From NCBI GenBank assembly GCA_044892505.1, contig CM097882.1, positions 513,127,220 through 513,176,000 of the forward strand: a stretch of DNA of 48,781 nucleotides. The letters run 5' to 3'. Below the pieces are notes generated by a model, which was not told where the DNA came from, searched no databases, and worked only from the letters and a program-made list of their open reading frames with translations. This document shows, in pieces, positions 11,443-25,132 of this stretch. The position numbers and the translations under genes were made by a program. How positions within the stretch are numbered: the stretch's first letter is position 1; each line of letters starts with the position of its first letter. Origin of the DNA: Schmidtea nova. Its lineage: Eukaryota.

Positions 11443-11721
11443 GCGTGTTTACGCGAGTCCCTCCCAACTCCACTCGCATGTCTAGTCAGTCGAGAACGTC
11501 AATTAGTTGCAACTCCGTCATGGATTAATTTAACCACTGATGAGCGAATTTGTCTAACAACATTTTCTCGAATTCATTCCAATATTTCGGATGTTCTCAT
11601 TCGAATACCTTCAATAGATGAACATACTCTATATCGACTCGTTCAAGTGGAATTAATTAGAGATGTCGCCATATTGATTCTGTGTGGATCGGATTTATCA
11701 ATTCCTGAATTGAAAATTAAA
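11443..11721 (+). CDS. FUZ: fuzzy planar cell polarity protein, internal exon (longin 2 region), 93 codons
   Basis: ttcattag|GCG...ATT AAA|gtaatg, phase 0/0. ESLPTPLACLVSRERQLVATPSWINLTTDERICL...YRLVQVELIRDVAILILCGSDLSIPEL aligns with recalled FUZ EAAGTTFVSLVVSGRVVAATEGWWRL...HRLLTLTLLPSLELCLLCGPSPPLSQL. Confidence 0.85.
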
Positions 11722-12249
11722 GTAATGTTCATATGATTTATTTTATGTGCATGTTTCATTGAAATTATACAAACACAGTCAACTTCATCCTTTGTTTATC
11801 ACTGCTGCAAATATTTAGCTTTAAATGTTGGTTATGGGATTTCTAAGCTTGTGTTGCTCATCCTGTTTCTATTAACGTTTTGGTAAACAAGAAAGTCCAG
11901 TTTTTACCTTTTTTAGGAATACAGAGAATTGAAGTGTTTTTATAGTTAGTTTTCAAATTTGAACAATTAATTGAGTATCTTATATGATTGAAAATTTAAG
12001 TAAATATGCAGTTACGTTGTACTGGATGGTCAAAAATCAAATCATGTGAGATCAAAAATTTGAAAATAATGTAAAATACAAAAAGATTAAGACAGCGAAT
12101 TAAAAATAAAATATTGTAAAATTAACTTTGTGCAATTTTACAGAGTTATATCTAAAGGATTCGACACATTATGTTTATTTAATCCAAATTTATAAACTCA
12201 ATTTAAGCTTGATAATTCCAATTTCTAAAAATTACTATGCCAAAAGATA

Positions 12250-12778
12250 TACAAGGTGTCCCTAAAAATGTATACACAGTTTGAATGATTATAACTTCAT
12301 TTTTATTCACATAATAAGAATTTAAATTGTAAAAGAATTTACCTAAAATCTAAAAGTTTTCCCCCTAACGCAAATGTTCAACATTATTACCGTCTGGTCA
12401 ATACACTTCTGATAACCGTGAGCTATTGATTCATAAACTTGAAAAAATATTTCTTTTGATGTTTTGGTGTATTCTTGCTCAATTTCGGATTTTAATTCTT
12501 CCAGTGTCATCGGTATCCTGGCGTAGACTTTATTTTTAAGGTATCCCCATAAGAAAGCGTGGAGTGGCGTCAGATCTGGGAAACGACAGGGTATTTTACG
12601 GGACCTCTTCGTCCAAGCTATTTGTTTGAAAGATTCTCATCAAGATATGTTCTTACATTATGATGACAGTGTGGATGTGCTCTATTCGGTTGGGAATAAA
12701 ATTTGTCATCTTTATCAAAGTCCTCCTAAGTGCGTTACGACCCGTTAAACATTTTACAGTTTTTGGAACACTCTGATA
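12250..12778 (-). mobile_element. Internally deleted maT/DD37D-like Tc1-mariner element
   Basis: Terminus tacaaggtgtccctaaaaatgta with a degenerate partner at ~12755-12778; peptide HNVRTYLDENL..LGRRGP..PDLTPLHAFLWGYLKNKVY..TLEELK. Confidence 0.75.
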
Positions 12779-13047
12779 ATATTTGAAATATTAAAATATA
12801 GTTAAGTTTGTTCATTTGGTAAACAAATTAACGCAAAATTAATATCGGACTTCAAAATGATATAAGAAAATGTTGCGTTTAATAAAACAATAATTAAATA
12901 AATAAACAATATGATTTTTTAATATTTATTTGATGTTTACGAAGATAAATGAGATTTCCAAAACAAAACGATTAGTTTTATATAAATAAGTAGTTACTAT
13001 TTTTAGCTTTTCAACTTTATTAATTACTATTTTTATATTCAAGGTAT

Positions 13048-14039
13048 TACCCTGTTTTTTGGTTATAAGGTACGACCTTAGTAAACTTTAAAAGTTTTTT
13101 TTGAGCCCAAAGGTACCTTAGTAAAGAATGGTACCTTAGTATCAAGTGGAATCTTAGAAAAAAAACGGTAAAAAAATTTATATTCAGAAAATATAAAAAG
13201 TATTAAAAATTTTTATTCAAAAAATTCTACTTCCTCTTCACTAGCAAAGTTTTCTCCATCAAGAAATATATCAATAAGCTGATCACGAATATCATTATCA
13301 TCTTTTTCTTCTTCATCTTTATCATCCAACAATTCCTCAACCATTGGCTCATTAATATCATCCAACTCTTCTGTATAAAAATCAATGGTTGTCGATCTGA
13401 AACCATTTTTATTGCAGAAACTGGCACTGCCTTCCATGCCTCAGATATCCAATGACAAATCTCTTCGTAGGAAGCTCGCTTCATATTTCCAGACTTTGTG
13501 TATTCTTGATATCCTTTTACCATCCAATTCTCCCAATGACGTTGGAGATGAGTTTTAAATGATTTATTTACACTTATATCTAGAACTTGTAATTTTTTTG
13601 TTAAACCACCTGGAATCATACCAATCAGTGACCCAGCTGCAGTAAATTTAGATTTGACTTCATCAGTGCGATGACCAGGGGCAGAATCGATCATGATAAG
13701 TGATTTTCTATTGAAAAGCGCCATTTTTCTTTTCATCCAAACTTTTTCATGCCACAGCAGAGTTGCCGTTGAAGTCATTTGAGATTTTTCATTAGCTGAT
13801 ACGATTACATTTGATGGAAAGGAACCTGATGGAATTGTTTTTTGTCGAAAAATCACATAAGCTGGTAATTAGTATCTTAATTTTTTAAAAAAATTTTATT
13901 AAATATTATAACGTAGAATTAGTACCTTAGTAAAAAGTGGTACCTTTGTAAAGATGGTACAAAAATCGTGGGCTTTCAAAAACTTTAATAAAGTCGTACC
14001 TTAGTAGGAAGTAGTACCTTATAACCAAAAAACAGGGTA
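13048..14039 (-). mobile_element. pogo-family deletion derivative A (keeps DDE region and C-terminus)
   Basis: TIRs taccctgttttttggttataaggtac / gtaccttataaccaaaaaacagggta. ORF 13227-13856 has MIDSAPGH, IPGGLTKKLQVLDISVNKSFK. Confidence 0.92.
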
Positions 14040-14574
14040 TTTAATTACCAAAAATAGATTATTTTAATTTTTTTAAAGTTATTTCCTAAATTTAATAATT
14101 TTTAAATTACTAATTGTATTTTTTTTGTTCTTGATATATATTTGTTCTTGATTTTACAAATATGAGCCTGATTCTAACATTATTATTATTTAACGCTAAA
14201 TAATGATACTGTTACTACCTCTGTTATCATTGCGCCATCCTTTTATAATGAAATAACAATATGGAATTGAAGAAACAAAATAAAACAATTAATTCTTTAA
14301 ATTATCGATACAATTAGTATGCCTGATATCTAAAGTTCGCAAGTGTTTTGTGGACCTATATTGAAATATTGTAAGAAATTCCATGGAGATAATTCAAGAT
14401 TTCTATATTGTTCTAAGTTGGTAAGTGTCCGCAAACGTCAATTTAGTTGGACGTATTTTTTCTTCGATGCTTCAGGTTGTCTGATTCCAGTTTGAAATCG
14501 GTGTATATCGATCTGGACTCGATCCTGATCCTTCTGAAATTGATCGACGAATCTGTAAATGGATGAATGATTGC

Positions 14575-14702
14575 AGTTAATGACAATTTGACTCAGTAGA
14601 TTTCTATGATACATTTAGATCCGCGTTGATCCTTGGCTTCCGATATTTATATCCATCATACAACAGCAATTCTTTTCTTTTCTGTGATTCTTTTTTCTCC
14701 AT
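14575..14702 (-). pseudogene. FLYWCH-type zinc-finger N-terminus of a Mutator-like transposase
   Basis: ESQKRKELLLYDGYKYRKPRINADLNVS*KST, FLYWCH-like (L..DGY.Y...R....W.C), with a frameshift and a stop. Confidence 0.55.
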
Positions 14703-15081
14703 GATTAATAAAAATTAAGTAAGTTATCTATATAATAAAATTGAAAAATTGAAAAATATACAATAATAAATATAACTAGTCTACTAAACTATTTAAACTA
14801 TACTACAGCATGAATATGTCTGTTTTTATAATACAGTAGAACCTTGATTATCCGACGAATTCTTGCCGAATATTCAAAAATACCTAGTAATAAAAAAGTA
14901 CTTTTAAAATTTTTTATAAATCCCCATAGGACATACACAAGCTAAGACCCTTTTAAGTTTGCTTTATAGCATCCGATCATCTTTCCGAATAATGTGCTAA
15001 TCAGAATTGTAACTTATGCATTGATTAACAGAAATTATTCTTTTAAAACCTAAAATTGCTTGATTTAATTTTGCTACATAA

Positions 15082-15931
15082 CTAGGATTCTGTCCTCTTA
15101 CAATATTTTTCCATTGTGAAAAAAAGTTTCTCTATGGGATTAAAGAACGAACTATACACTGGTAAAAATCTCAATACATACCCAGCTCTTCTTATATTTT
15201 CTTCTTTTTCATTACAATGATGGAAAGCTGCATTATCCATTATAAATATTACATAATTAATGTTCTTGCTATTAAGAAGATAACAAAGATCCAAAAGGTT
15301 ATTCTGTTGCCAGATCTTTCTCATTGTATGATATAAAAGTAAACCATTCTCTGAAATCGCGGCTATAATTGTTTTGTTACGACTTCTTATCGCAGTAACA
15401 ATGCTAATATCCCTAGTTCCTATTTTGAATCTGCCACTAAATCTTGTCATATTTACTTGGAACCCTGTTTCGTCAATAAAAATAATAACAACCAGCTACT
15501 ATATTCCCTTCTAAGGTTATTTAAACTACGATTATTGACAGCAGCTTCTACAACTAATTGTAATCTTTTGATGGAAAAATTTAACACTTTAATGTACTTT
15601 GAAATGGTTGAAAATGATACTCAAACTCCAAATTCATTCTCAATTTATCTTTTCAATTCTTTCAAAGTCCAAGCACAGTTTTCATTTACACGCTGTTTTA
15701 TAAAGTCAATATGAATTTCAGACAAATTCTTAGGTTTTTTACTGTCTTTCTTTTCTTTGTTCATCTTTCCTTTTGACATAAATTGTGAATATATTGTATA
15801 CAATGTAGAGTATGTAATATTGAACATTTCGGCAGCAGAAGCTCTAGAATGATTACTTCGTTCAATTGTTGAAATTATATCTTGTCTTTTTTAATTAGAT
15901 ATTTTTCTGTTAGTTGACTGCGTTCTGGCAT
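15082..15931 (-). pseudogene. IS630/Tc1 DD34E transposase, frameshifted
   Basis: HTH (SAAEMFNITYSTLYTI), IFIDETGF (~15460-15485), MDNAAFHH...FLPVYSSFFNPIE with 34 residues between D and E. Confidence 0.85.
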
Positions 15932-16074
15932 GGGGTAACCCTGCATCACTATTAAAAATTATTTACGACAGACAAAGCTTTACTTGTTCATTTAAAAAAT
16001 TTCATAGTTGATTATTTCTATAGATTACGAAATTTCAGTTAAAAATTACGAAATTAAATTGAAAACCCTATATA

Positions 16075-16760
16075 TGTAGGTACGGACAAAAAAATAAGGA
16101 CAACTGCATTTTTTCAACAACATTTGTTTATCTGAATTAAATATATGTACTTATTGATGTGAACTTGTTTTAAGTTTCATGCATGTGAGTTACATTATTG
16201 ACAATGGGAAAAAGATCAAATTTAAGTCAAGATCTTCGAGAAAGAGTGATAAAATATTTTAACGAAGGAAAGTCATTTTGTGCAATTGCTGACATTTTAA
16301 GAGTTTCAAGGGAGCTCTGTTGAGGTCATTGTCAAGGTAATTACTAAAATAATAATATATTTTGTTGGTGTTGTGTAAACAAACATGAAAATTAAATTAA
16401 AAAGCACAAAAACTATGTGCAAATCAATAAAAAATATACAAAATCTGAAAATAATAATTAAAGTACAGATATTAATTAAAATTTTTAAAAATTCAAAAAC
16501 AAAGATTTATCTATAAGGAGGAAGCCATTTATGACATCTACAAAGCTTAAGAGTGAACTTGTAGAAAGTGACCACATTCCAGTATGCACCAGAACAATTA
16601 GAAAGCATTTGGCAAGATTAAATCTTAAGAGCTTGGAGCCTAATAAAAAAACCTTTGGTAACTTTTTTTCAAAGAAAGATAAGAGTGAATGGGCAAAGTA
16701 TTATTAAAGTAAACCAGCAGGATATTAGAAAAAAAACATTGCTTTCCGATGAAACAAATT
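16075..16760 (+). mobile_element. Tc1-like element, 5' part
   Basis: Terminus-like tacggacaaaaaaataaggaca; MGKRSNLSQDLRERVIKYFNEGKS..IADILRVS; later CTRTIRKHL, KKPL and LLSDET. Confidence 0.75.
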
Positions 16761-17645
16761 TAACACACACACACACACAATAATCAATTCGTTGATATTG
16801 AGGATCGAAAAACTCAGTTTGCTTATTAACATTATCTCTTCGTTTGTTCATTTTTTTACGATAATCCAAACTATAATTGCTTTATTTTATTGCTTACAAC
16901 TATTTACAATATTAATTCGTTTCAAAATGTTCATTAATGCTTCAAAGAATTTCCAGTCAATACCAAGGTTCTCCTCCAAGATGCTTAATATTTATTCATA
17001 GAAAGATTCAATTATTTGAACATTACTTTCTTCCATTAAAATTTCCTTAACTATACAACCTAATACGTTGTAATTCATTTCTGAAAATTATTTAGCTGTT
17101 CACAATGTCGATATGTGTTAATTGAATTATTTTTAAAATTACAAAAATATTCTTGTCCAAATTCATCTTCATCGAATTTATCTATTATTAAAAACCCAGA
17201 TCCAAGACGTTTTGCCATATCACACTTGTAGCGTCTGCCGCCAATTCTTTTGTTCCTTAAAACTATTTTTTCTCGATGGAAACATTTAGACATAATTTAT
17301 TTACTTTATAATAATACTGCCAACTAGAAAAAATTCATTTAATCATAAGATTTTAATAATTTATTAGCGGGGTATTGTGAATGGCCTGAACCAGACGAAA
17401 TATTCCTGCTCATACAGTGTTACTCAATAACTATATATTATAACCAAATATTTTGCATTTATTACGTCATATATAACATATTACATATAAGTATTATATA
17501 ATAAATGTGGTAGCTACAAATGTAAAAAAATAAATTAAATTTTAAATATTTTTGAAGCATGAAGAAAGTATAATGCCCTCAAGCTGTGTACCATGATTAT
17601 TAGCGATTGAACGGACGACATTTTAAAAATTTTTGAACTTACGAG

Positions 17646-20600
17646 CAGGGCCGGATTTACACCTTTACGGTCCCCCGGCGCATTTTCAAAAATGGCCCCT
17701 CAAATATTATATTATGATGGTAAACAAAATCAGTAGAAATGATTTCAATTTGCATTCAAGGCTTAGTAAGACAATATCTAAACGATCAAACATGCATACA
17801 CTCAAAATGTATCAGTTGTGTTGTACAGCATAAATTTATGCTCCAGATAACAAGTTACAGACAAACACCAAAGTAATTTAGAAAATTGAGATTGTCAAGA
17901 AAGAACAAGTAATGTACCATAACTTTATAATGGTTTTCGGCGTGCCTTTTTGTCAGCAAACGTTTGAATGACACTATCAACATCAATAGACTGCATCAAA
18001 TCTGCCTCTATTTCCAGTAATGCCAATGCGCTCAACCGATCCTGGCTTTGAGTGGAGCGGAGATAATTCTTTAACTTCTTCAAACATGAAAATGACCTCT
18101 CTGCAGATGCATTTGATGACTACAATGTTAGGTATAGACGAAGAGCTAGAATAATGTTGGGAAAAGTATCCTAAAAAGGAAAGTGCAAAGACAAATGCTG
18201 CATAACTTATTCTGTATATTTTGAATAAAAAACAAACCTGTAAATTCAATAGCCTTCGGAATAATGAGATGGGATCCAACACACTATCATCGCTTTCCAA
18301 GAAGTATTTCATGTGGATTAGTTCATCTCCAATTTTTTCAACGTCTTCAGCATACACTGCATTCAGATTTGATGCAGCTAGATATAGTTCTTCATCTTTC
18401 ATCTGTCTCCAGCTATGTAGAAAGTCAAAACGGTCACGCAAAATTGTGTAATTGTTCATACGTTTAGTTAACTCAGTCAACAGGCGATCAATAATGACAT
18501 AGAATGTAGTAGTACGGAATTTATTACGTTGTGATAAGGATATTTCGTTCTCACTTATCTCATCAAATGCTCTTTTCCTAGACGGAACCCTGTTATTACG
18601 ATAATCAGCATCAACAAGTGTTTTGGCTTCCTCAAATCTGTCAAACTGTTCACGTATGTCACAGTTAAAATCGCAGAGAGACTCATATAAGCGAACAGAT
18701 TCCACAAGAGAAACAGTCACATTTTCGAGACTGTGTTGTTGCATCAAATCTTCTTAATACTATGTCTCAAATCACTGTCATTAACGACATCTCCGATTGT
18801 TCCATCTTTTCACCTAGACATGAAGCCTCATGTCCTGTTAAGTTATTCTCAGATTCGTCATCTGAAATTTCCTGTAAGCAGTTCATTATTTTCTTATAGT
18901 TTTTTCGGAGTAAATTGTTAGCTACTGCTCTTGCTGACCATCGAGTGCATGATAATGATGGCAAAGAAACACTAACATTGTCCAGAAGAATACACAATCG
19001 ATGTGTGGATGAAGAAAAATAAACAAACAGTTGTTGCAGTAAACCAAAGTAAATGACTGCCTGAGTACTGTCCATGTACTGCATTCAGCTTACAGCTACC
19101 AACAAGGTTAAGGGAATGGTTGCAGCATGGGACAAAATCAAACAAATTATTAAGAGATTCGATTCGGGCTTGAAGTCCACTGTATTTACCTCCCATATTT
19201 GCAGCATTGTCGAAAGACTGTCCCCGGCAGTCACTAATCGAAAGCTCCAGTTCATTCACAATGTTAAGTATCACTGATTCTAGTTCTTCAGAAGCATGGC
19301 TGATGATTGGACAAAACTGTATAAACCTTTCTATAATTTCGCCAGTTGAAGGCTTCACATAACGAAGGACAACAGATAATTGATCGACTTTAGACACATT
19401 AGGAGTTGAATCAATAATAAGAGCAAAATACTTGGTAGTCTTCGCTTCCTGTTTGATAATTTTTTCAGCTCTTCTCCCATGATAAAGATCAATTCTTCAG
19501 AAGTTGTTTTTGATAAATACGATGTCTTTCCACTTCCAGCATTGCTATGGTCTGGAATGTGACTAGCTAGGAATGGGTCAAATTCAGCTACGAGTTCCAG
19601 CGCTCCAAGGAAATTACCATTCTGATTGGAGCCAAATTCTTTTTCACCTCTAGTAGCAAGATATGGTACAACTGCCGTCACTCTTTTTAAAACATCACAC
19701 CAATACTTTTTCTGTAGATGGTAATGATGAATAACTTCATGATCCACACGACATTTTTCAGTCTTCCTCTTATAAAGTGTCATCAAAGCATTGCGGTGAG
19801 AGATACTATTTTCATGTTCAGAGATACTTTTGTGGCCATGTTTCCAATCATTAAAACCATCCAAAGAAAAATATGAAGGCTTCTGTGTAAACAACTGACA
19901 AACCCAGCAGAAGACAGCTCATCTTGTTGGCAAATATACCAAGAATGCACGTTGCACAATTTCACCATTTGGCATTTTACGTTGAAATAACCCTTCAGTC
20001 AAGTAACGAATTTTTGTATTTTTTGTCATTTGAGTATATTCGAAGAGACCCACTGAAGTCACCAATGTTTCTCTTAGGAGGCTGTTCAGTAAACCACTCA
20101 CGCAGTTTATCTGTTATTATCCATAACGCTGGCTCATCTCCAGACACAGATTCTTTGATTACACTCACTTGCTCATTATCATCTGTGCTGTGGGTGCTTA
20201 GGTATGGAAGCTTCTCAGAATTTGGTGACAAACACTGCTCAGTTTCAACTGAAATTTCAATTGTCTCTGACAAAAAAAGATTTTTCAGTTTCAATCACAT
20301 CATCAAGTTGGTTTCCTGACTCCTCGAGGATTATTGATTACATTTACTGTAAAGAATGAGGCCACTTTAGGTAGTTTACTCCTTTTCTCTTCCTGCTATT
20401 TTGTTCTTTTCACCTTAGCTGCACCGCTAAGAAAATTTCTCATGGTTGGATGGTTCGCTGACAATCCAGGTAGCCAAGCTCTGGAAAGAAAGTAAAACGC
20501 AGTAATATAGAGAAGAAAATTCCTAAGTTACATTCAGCTAAATATAATCAACGAAGAAAACATGATGTGCGATGAGGCAGTGAAATTATTTTCAGAAAAT

Positions 20601-21708
20601 CAGAATTAACTATAGTGGGTTAGTGAAAAAAATAGCAAGGCATGCACCAGACCTCATAGAAGCACGAGCCATAAGGATCATATGGGGAGTGGAGCCCATG
20701 TTTTTAGAAAATAATTTATAAACATTCCATATAGACTACCGTATATACTCGTGTATAAGCCGATCCGTATATAAGCCGAAGTGAGTTTTTATAGTCAATT
20801 TTTTGTCCAAAATCAAGTACCCGTATATAAGCCGAGGTAAAAAAAATAGCTAAAATCTGACGAATTATTTATGTTCTTTTCCATTTTTTGTTTAATTGGG
20901 TACTTTGAAAATATGTTGCGATGTCAAAAATTTCAAAATAACTGAATACAGAGAAGAGAGAATATTTAATTCACAAAAATAATAATTAATATAAAATTGA
21001 TTAAATAAATATTTTTAATCTTACAAGAGTGTTAAATTAAATATGATTTTTTAAATTAAAATTAATGTTTTTTTGGCTGGCAAAAAATATTGGTTTTTGT
21101 TACCCGTATATAAGCCGAATGGAAAAAATTGCCCAAAATTTCTCGGCTTATACACGAGTATATACGGTATATATTCTGATTTTTATGTTAGAATGGAACT
21201 AAAGAAAGCTCTATACTATGTGAAATACTTTATGAATAATATTGGACCTCTTGTTTTAATGCTAGAATGACCAGGAGGACATTTTTCTGCCTCTGTAATT
21301 TTTTATTCTTATTTGGGTGAATATTACAAGGCAGTTCTATGTTGCTGTTTCTTTAACTCAAAAATATTAGGAGTATTTGATATTAAAATAACTTTCATAG
21401 TTTTATTAAAATTTCGAAAATTTTTGTCTATTTTATTCTGCAGTATATATTTTTAATTTTAATAGTTCTGTAAAGCAACACAATTAAACATATTTACTTA
21501 CCTTCCAGATATATCTATAGGACAACTAAGAGAGCTTTTAACTTTCGGAGCTTCACAGTAATCACTGAAAACGTTAGGCTATGGAAAAATTACAGAGAAA
21601 GTCTACGATTTACATACTTATTATTAATTTTTTTATGAACAAGAGGCACCTTACCAGCATGAGGCCCCTGGCGGCTGCCCATTGCGCCCATGCGTAAATC
21701 CTGGCCTG
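17646..21708 (-). mobile_element. Full-length hAT element (TTF/ZMYM1-like transposase), degenerate
   Basis: TIRs cagggccggatttac / gtaaatcctggcctg; 8-bp TSD CTTACGAG / CTTATGAG. Frameshifted ORFs carry GFNDWKH, NGNFL, DQLSVVLRYV, GQSFDNAANM, CNHSLNL, TRWSAR. Confidence 0.93.
20737..21169. mobile_element. pogo-type MITE nested in the hAT
   Basis: TIRs taccgtatatactcgtgtataagccga / tcggcttatacacgagtatatacggta; internal tataagccga repeats. Confidence 0.9.
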
Positions 21709-22195
21709 CTTATGAGTCTTGTGATTCAGACTTTAAAAGACGATAAATGTTAACTGTAGATCACTTCATTGATAATTTTTAGATCTGCGCTTTTCAGAGG
21801 TTTCCGCTTATTCGATCTTTACCTTTTCTATCGATAATCAATAAATTTTCAATTTTCTCCAAATAGTTTCTCTTCGAACAAATAAGAATCTTAGGCTTTT
21901 CCAAATTGTGTCCCTCGTCCGATTTTACTTTCTTATTTATATAACTCAGTATGGTAATTAGTCTCTGCAAATTCTAAAGTTTTATTGCTTCAAATTACAA
22001 AATGCAATTTTTTTCTAATGTTACACAAAAGTGTTGTTTCTAATTTCGGAATAAATTTAGAACGAATTTATAATAATTGATATGTCGGTGTCTGTTCGTA
22101 TTTCTTGCAATACATTGTTTTTCGCTAAAATATTTTTTCCAATTAACATTTAAACTGCTGACCTTCATGTACCAAATTAATCTATATTTAGTAAT

Positions 22196-22250
22196 TATTA
22201 AGTTGTTCGGAATGAAATGTCACTAAATGGATTATAATTCCAATATGCGT

Positions 22251-22332
<82 letters not shown>

Positions 22333-23492
22333 ATTTATTATATAATCAAAATATGATCCATCAACAATAATACACTCTTGTCATCGTTGCGGGAGCTTTT
22401 CTATACCTTTTTTTAAAAAAAAATGTCTCATGTCTAGAGTCCAAGAAAGTTATAACTGTCGATTTTATCTCCTCCAAATCGTTGAACTTCCTGCCTTTGG
22501 TATAAAGACTTAAATATCTAAATTAGTGGAAATCAGTTGGTGATAAATCGGGTCAGAAGTTTGATGTAGTAGAACTTCAAATCTTAAGTCGTGTAATGTT
22601 TTTGTAGTTACTTTCGATACGCGAGGCCTGGCGTTATCATGTAGGATAATTGGACCTTTTCTATTAACAATTGCAGTTTGACTAATGGTGAGTTTTTCAT
22701 GCATTTGTTCTAGTTCAACACAGTATCGTTCAGAAGTGATTTTTATACCCATTTTCAAAAAACAGTAAGTATTACACCATACTTAAACCACCAGACTGAG
22801 AGCGTGACTTTCTTTTGGTGAAGTTCCAGTTTTGGAAACTGATTTGGGCATTGATGTTTATCAAACCGTTCTCCTGGCCGCTTATGATTATCATATTGAA
22901 TCCATTTTTCATCCCAGGTAATAATATTATTTAGAAAAGATGACTTTCATTGTCGTGTTTGAAGAGATAAGCAAGTTTGTAATCTGTTTAATTTCTACAA
23001 TTCAGTCAATTCATGTGGGACCAGTTTTAGGGCTTTTTGACCATACCAATTGTCTTTAAATTGTCATGAAATGTTGATTTTGAGCAACAGTTTCACGTAA
23101 ATCTTCCTCCGACAGTTTGATATTGGGTCTACCGCGATGCATATTTTCTACACCAATTTCTCCGCCATCAAATGTTTTAAACCAACTTCTTTCATTAACT
23201 GTATCGATCCCAAAAGTATTATTAATATTCTTCTCCGCCTCAACTGAATTGTTCTTCGATTTCCAATCATATAAATAAAGAAGTCTCAAATCATGATTTT
23301 CTAACTTGTACATTTCTATTTGAAAATGAAATTTATACTAATTAAATTATTATAAATCTTATTAATATTTGAATTTGAAATAAGCGCTTTCTGATGAACT
23401 TTAAAATAAAGAAATTCGTTTTATATAAAAAAGTTATGATGATTTAAAATTATTATATATTATTCGGACATTTCATTCCGAACAACCTAATA
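22196..23492 (-). mobile_element. Full-length mariner element, defective
   Basis: TIRs tattaagttgttcggaatgaaatgtc / gacatttcattccgaacaacctaata; HTH ORF 23056-23313 (RGRP motif) and ILHDNARP in ORF 22510-22758. Confidence 0.92.
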
Positions 23493-23643
23493 TTCAAAAT
23501 TTAATTTACTAAATTTATTATCCTAATTATTATATTTATAATATATATTTATTACTATTATTACTTCTATATTTATTATTTTTCTCTATCTAAAAATATT
23601 AATTTTTAATCACTATTTGGTGATTTCTGGCTGATGGTTTTTC

Positions 23644-23832
23644 GCGTCTGTGTGCGCGTAGTTAAAACCTTGAGTTTTATATGCGTCTGTGTGCGCATTG
23701 CCGGTTAGAAGGTTTCGCGTCTGTATGCGCGTTGATGTTTTATATATGCGTCTGTGTGTGCATTTCTGATTGTTAAATTTTGTCTCGCATCCGTGTGCGC
23801 ATTGCTTCTTCAGGTCTCGCGTCTGTGTGCGC
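23644..23832. repeat. Array of six 14-bp GCGTCTGTGTGCGC motifs with variable spacers
   Basis: Copies start at 23644, 23683, 23717, 23748, 23787 and 23819 (periods 39, 34, 31, 39, 32). Confidence 0.9.
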
Positions 23833-24004
23833 ATTGTTGGTGAATTATTTTTATTGAAAGATAATTCTCATTTTTTAATTTATTTTTAGAACAGTTGGTT
23901 GTTTTACTAGATCTTTTTTTAATAATTAATCGAGTAATTGGGATAAATGGATTTTTAACTCTCGGATTTGGAAATTTTATCTTGGTGGTATTTAAATTTG
24001 AAAG

Positions 24005-24780
24005 ATGGACAAAATTAATATCAATATGATGTGTTATGGTTCAATGGTAAATGATTTATTGAATGAAACCGATATCGGGACGGATTATGACAATATGAAA
24101 AAAGCCACCGCAAGTTTCATTCGTAGATTCCATGGGAATTATTTCAATTCAAATGAATGTCCTCATTATCTTCGTGACTTAAATAAGACAATCGTGTTAA
24201 TGTTTTCGCGTGTCTCTAGCGATAATCCACCTGAAGATCGCTTCAAACTTTGAAGCTCAAAGTATATCTAAATGGAAATTTCCGTAGATTAATGGCAAAA
24301 GAAAATCTGCGGCGATCGCTATTTTCTCACCATCAATTTATTTCATTCTCTATATACAGTTCTGGCATTAAGTGGTTCATTCTCATCTTGGCGAAGAAGC
24401 ATTATTTGCAACAATTTACATTGTTTGGATCGACTCATGTGACACTGCTAATAATATGCGCTTCTTCGCATTTGATGATTGACAATTTATTCAATGGATT
24501 TTCAATGAAAGTTTCTAGAAAGTTATGTAATGATATTATGACAAATATGGTTGGGTTTTTCGTTGGAAGTAGTAATTTAATATTCAGAAATTTTAATATT
24601 CATTGTCAAGTTTCTAGATAGATATTTGGAGAATATTTTCAGTAAATTAGAGAAAGAATTGAAAAATTTGAATTTTATTTTAATGAGAAATTGTTAAAAT
24701 TTCTAAATTCTAACAGAGGGAAAGTCCGTCATCTTGGATCAACCGAAATAGCTAAATTTCGGCAAACTCACTAATTGAAT
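24005..24780 (+). other. Degraded coding-like region of unknown origin
   Basis: 82-aa and 123-aa ORFs plus broken frames with protein-like composition; no family recognised. Confidence 0.25.
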
Positions 24781-25132
24781 TACCTGAAAACTATGCTCAT
24801 TTGAAATGGCTGCACTTTGTGACCGCATTCCTTGCAATTTGCAACATTTTCAATTTTTTCAAAATTCTTTTCCTTTTTGAAATTTTATTGTATTTATAAT
24901 CCATTATGTGGGTTTTGGAAATAAGTATTTATTTTTAACAATTAATAATAATTTATTAATAGCACATTATTATTACCCATACAAATTATAAATAATAAAA
25001 GCACGATTTATGGGTTGTTATGGCCAAACTTTAAATTTTCAAACAACTATTCATCATTTTAAAAATAAAAAAACTATTTTTCAATAAATGTTAGCAATTT
25101 TCCATGGTAATTTTAATGATTTATGTGAAAAC

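Noticed and set aside
14833-14990. Tigger-like terminus tacagtagaaccttgattatccg
   Set aside because: No partner TIR or coding remnant found, so no element could be delimited.
18221-20319. + strand ORFs over the hAT, and similar ORFs at 26567, 39569 and 43921
   Set aside because: Antisense shadows of transposase reading frames.
23644-23832. CRISPR array
   Set aside because: Repeats are only 14 bp, spacers are short and partly related, there are no cas genes, and the context is eukaryotic.
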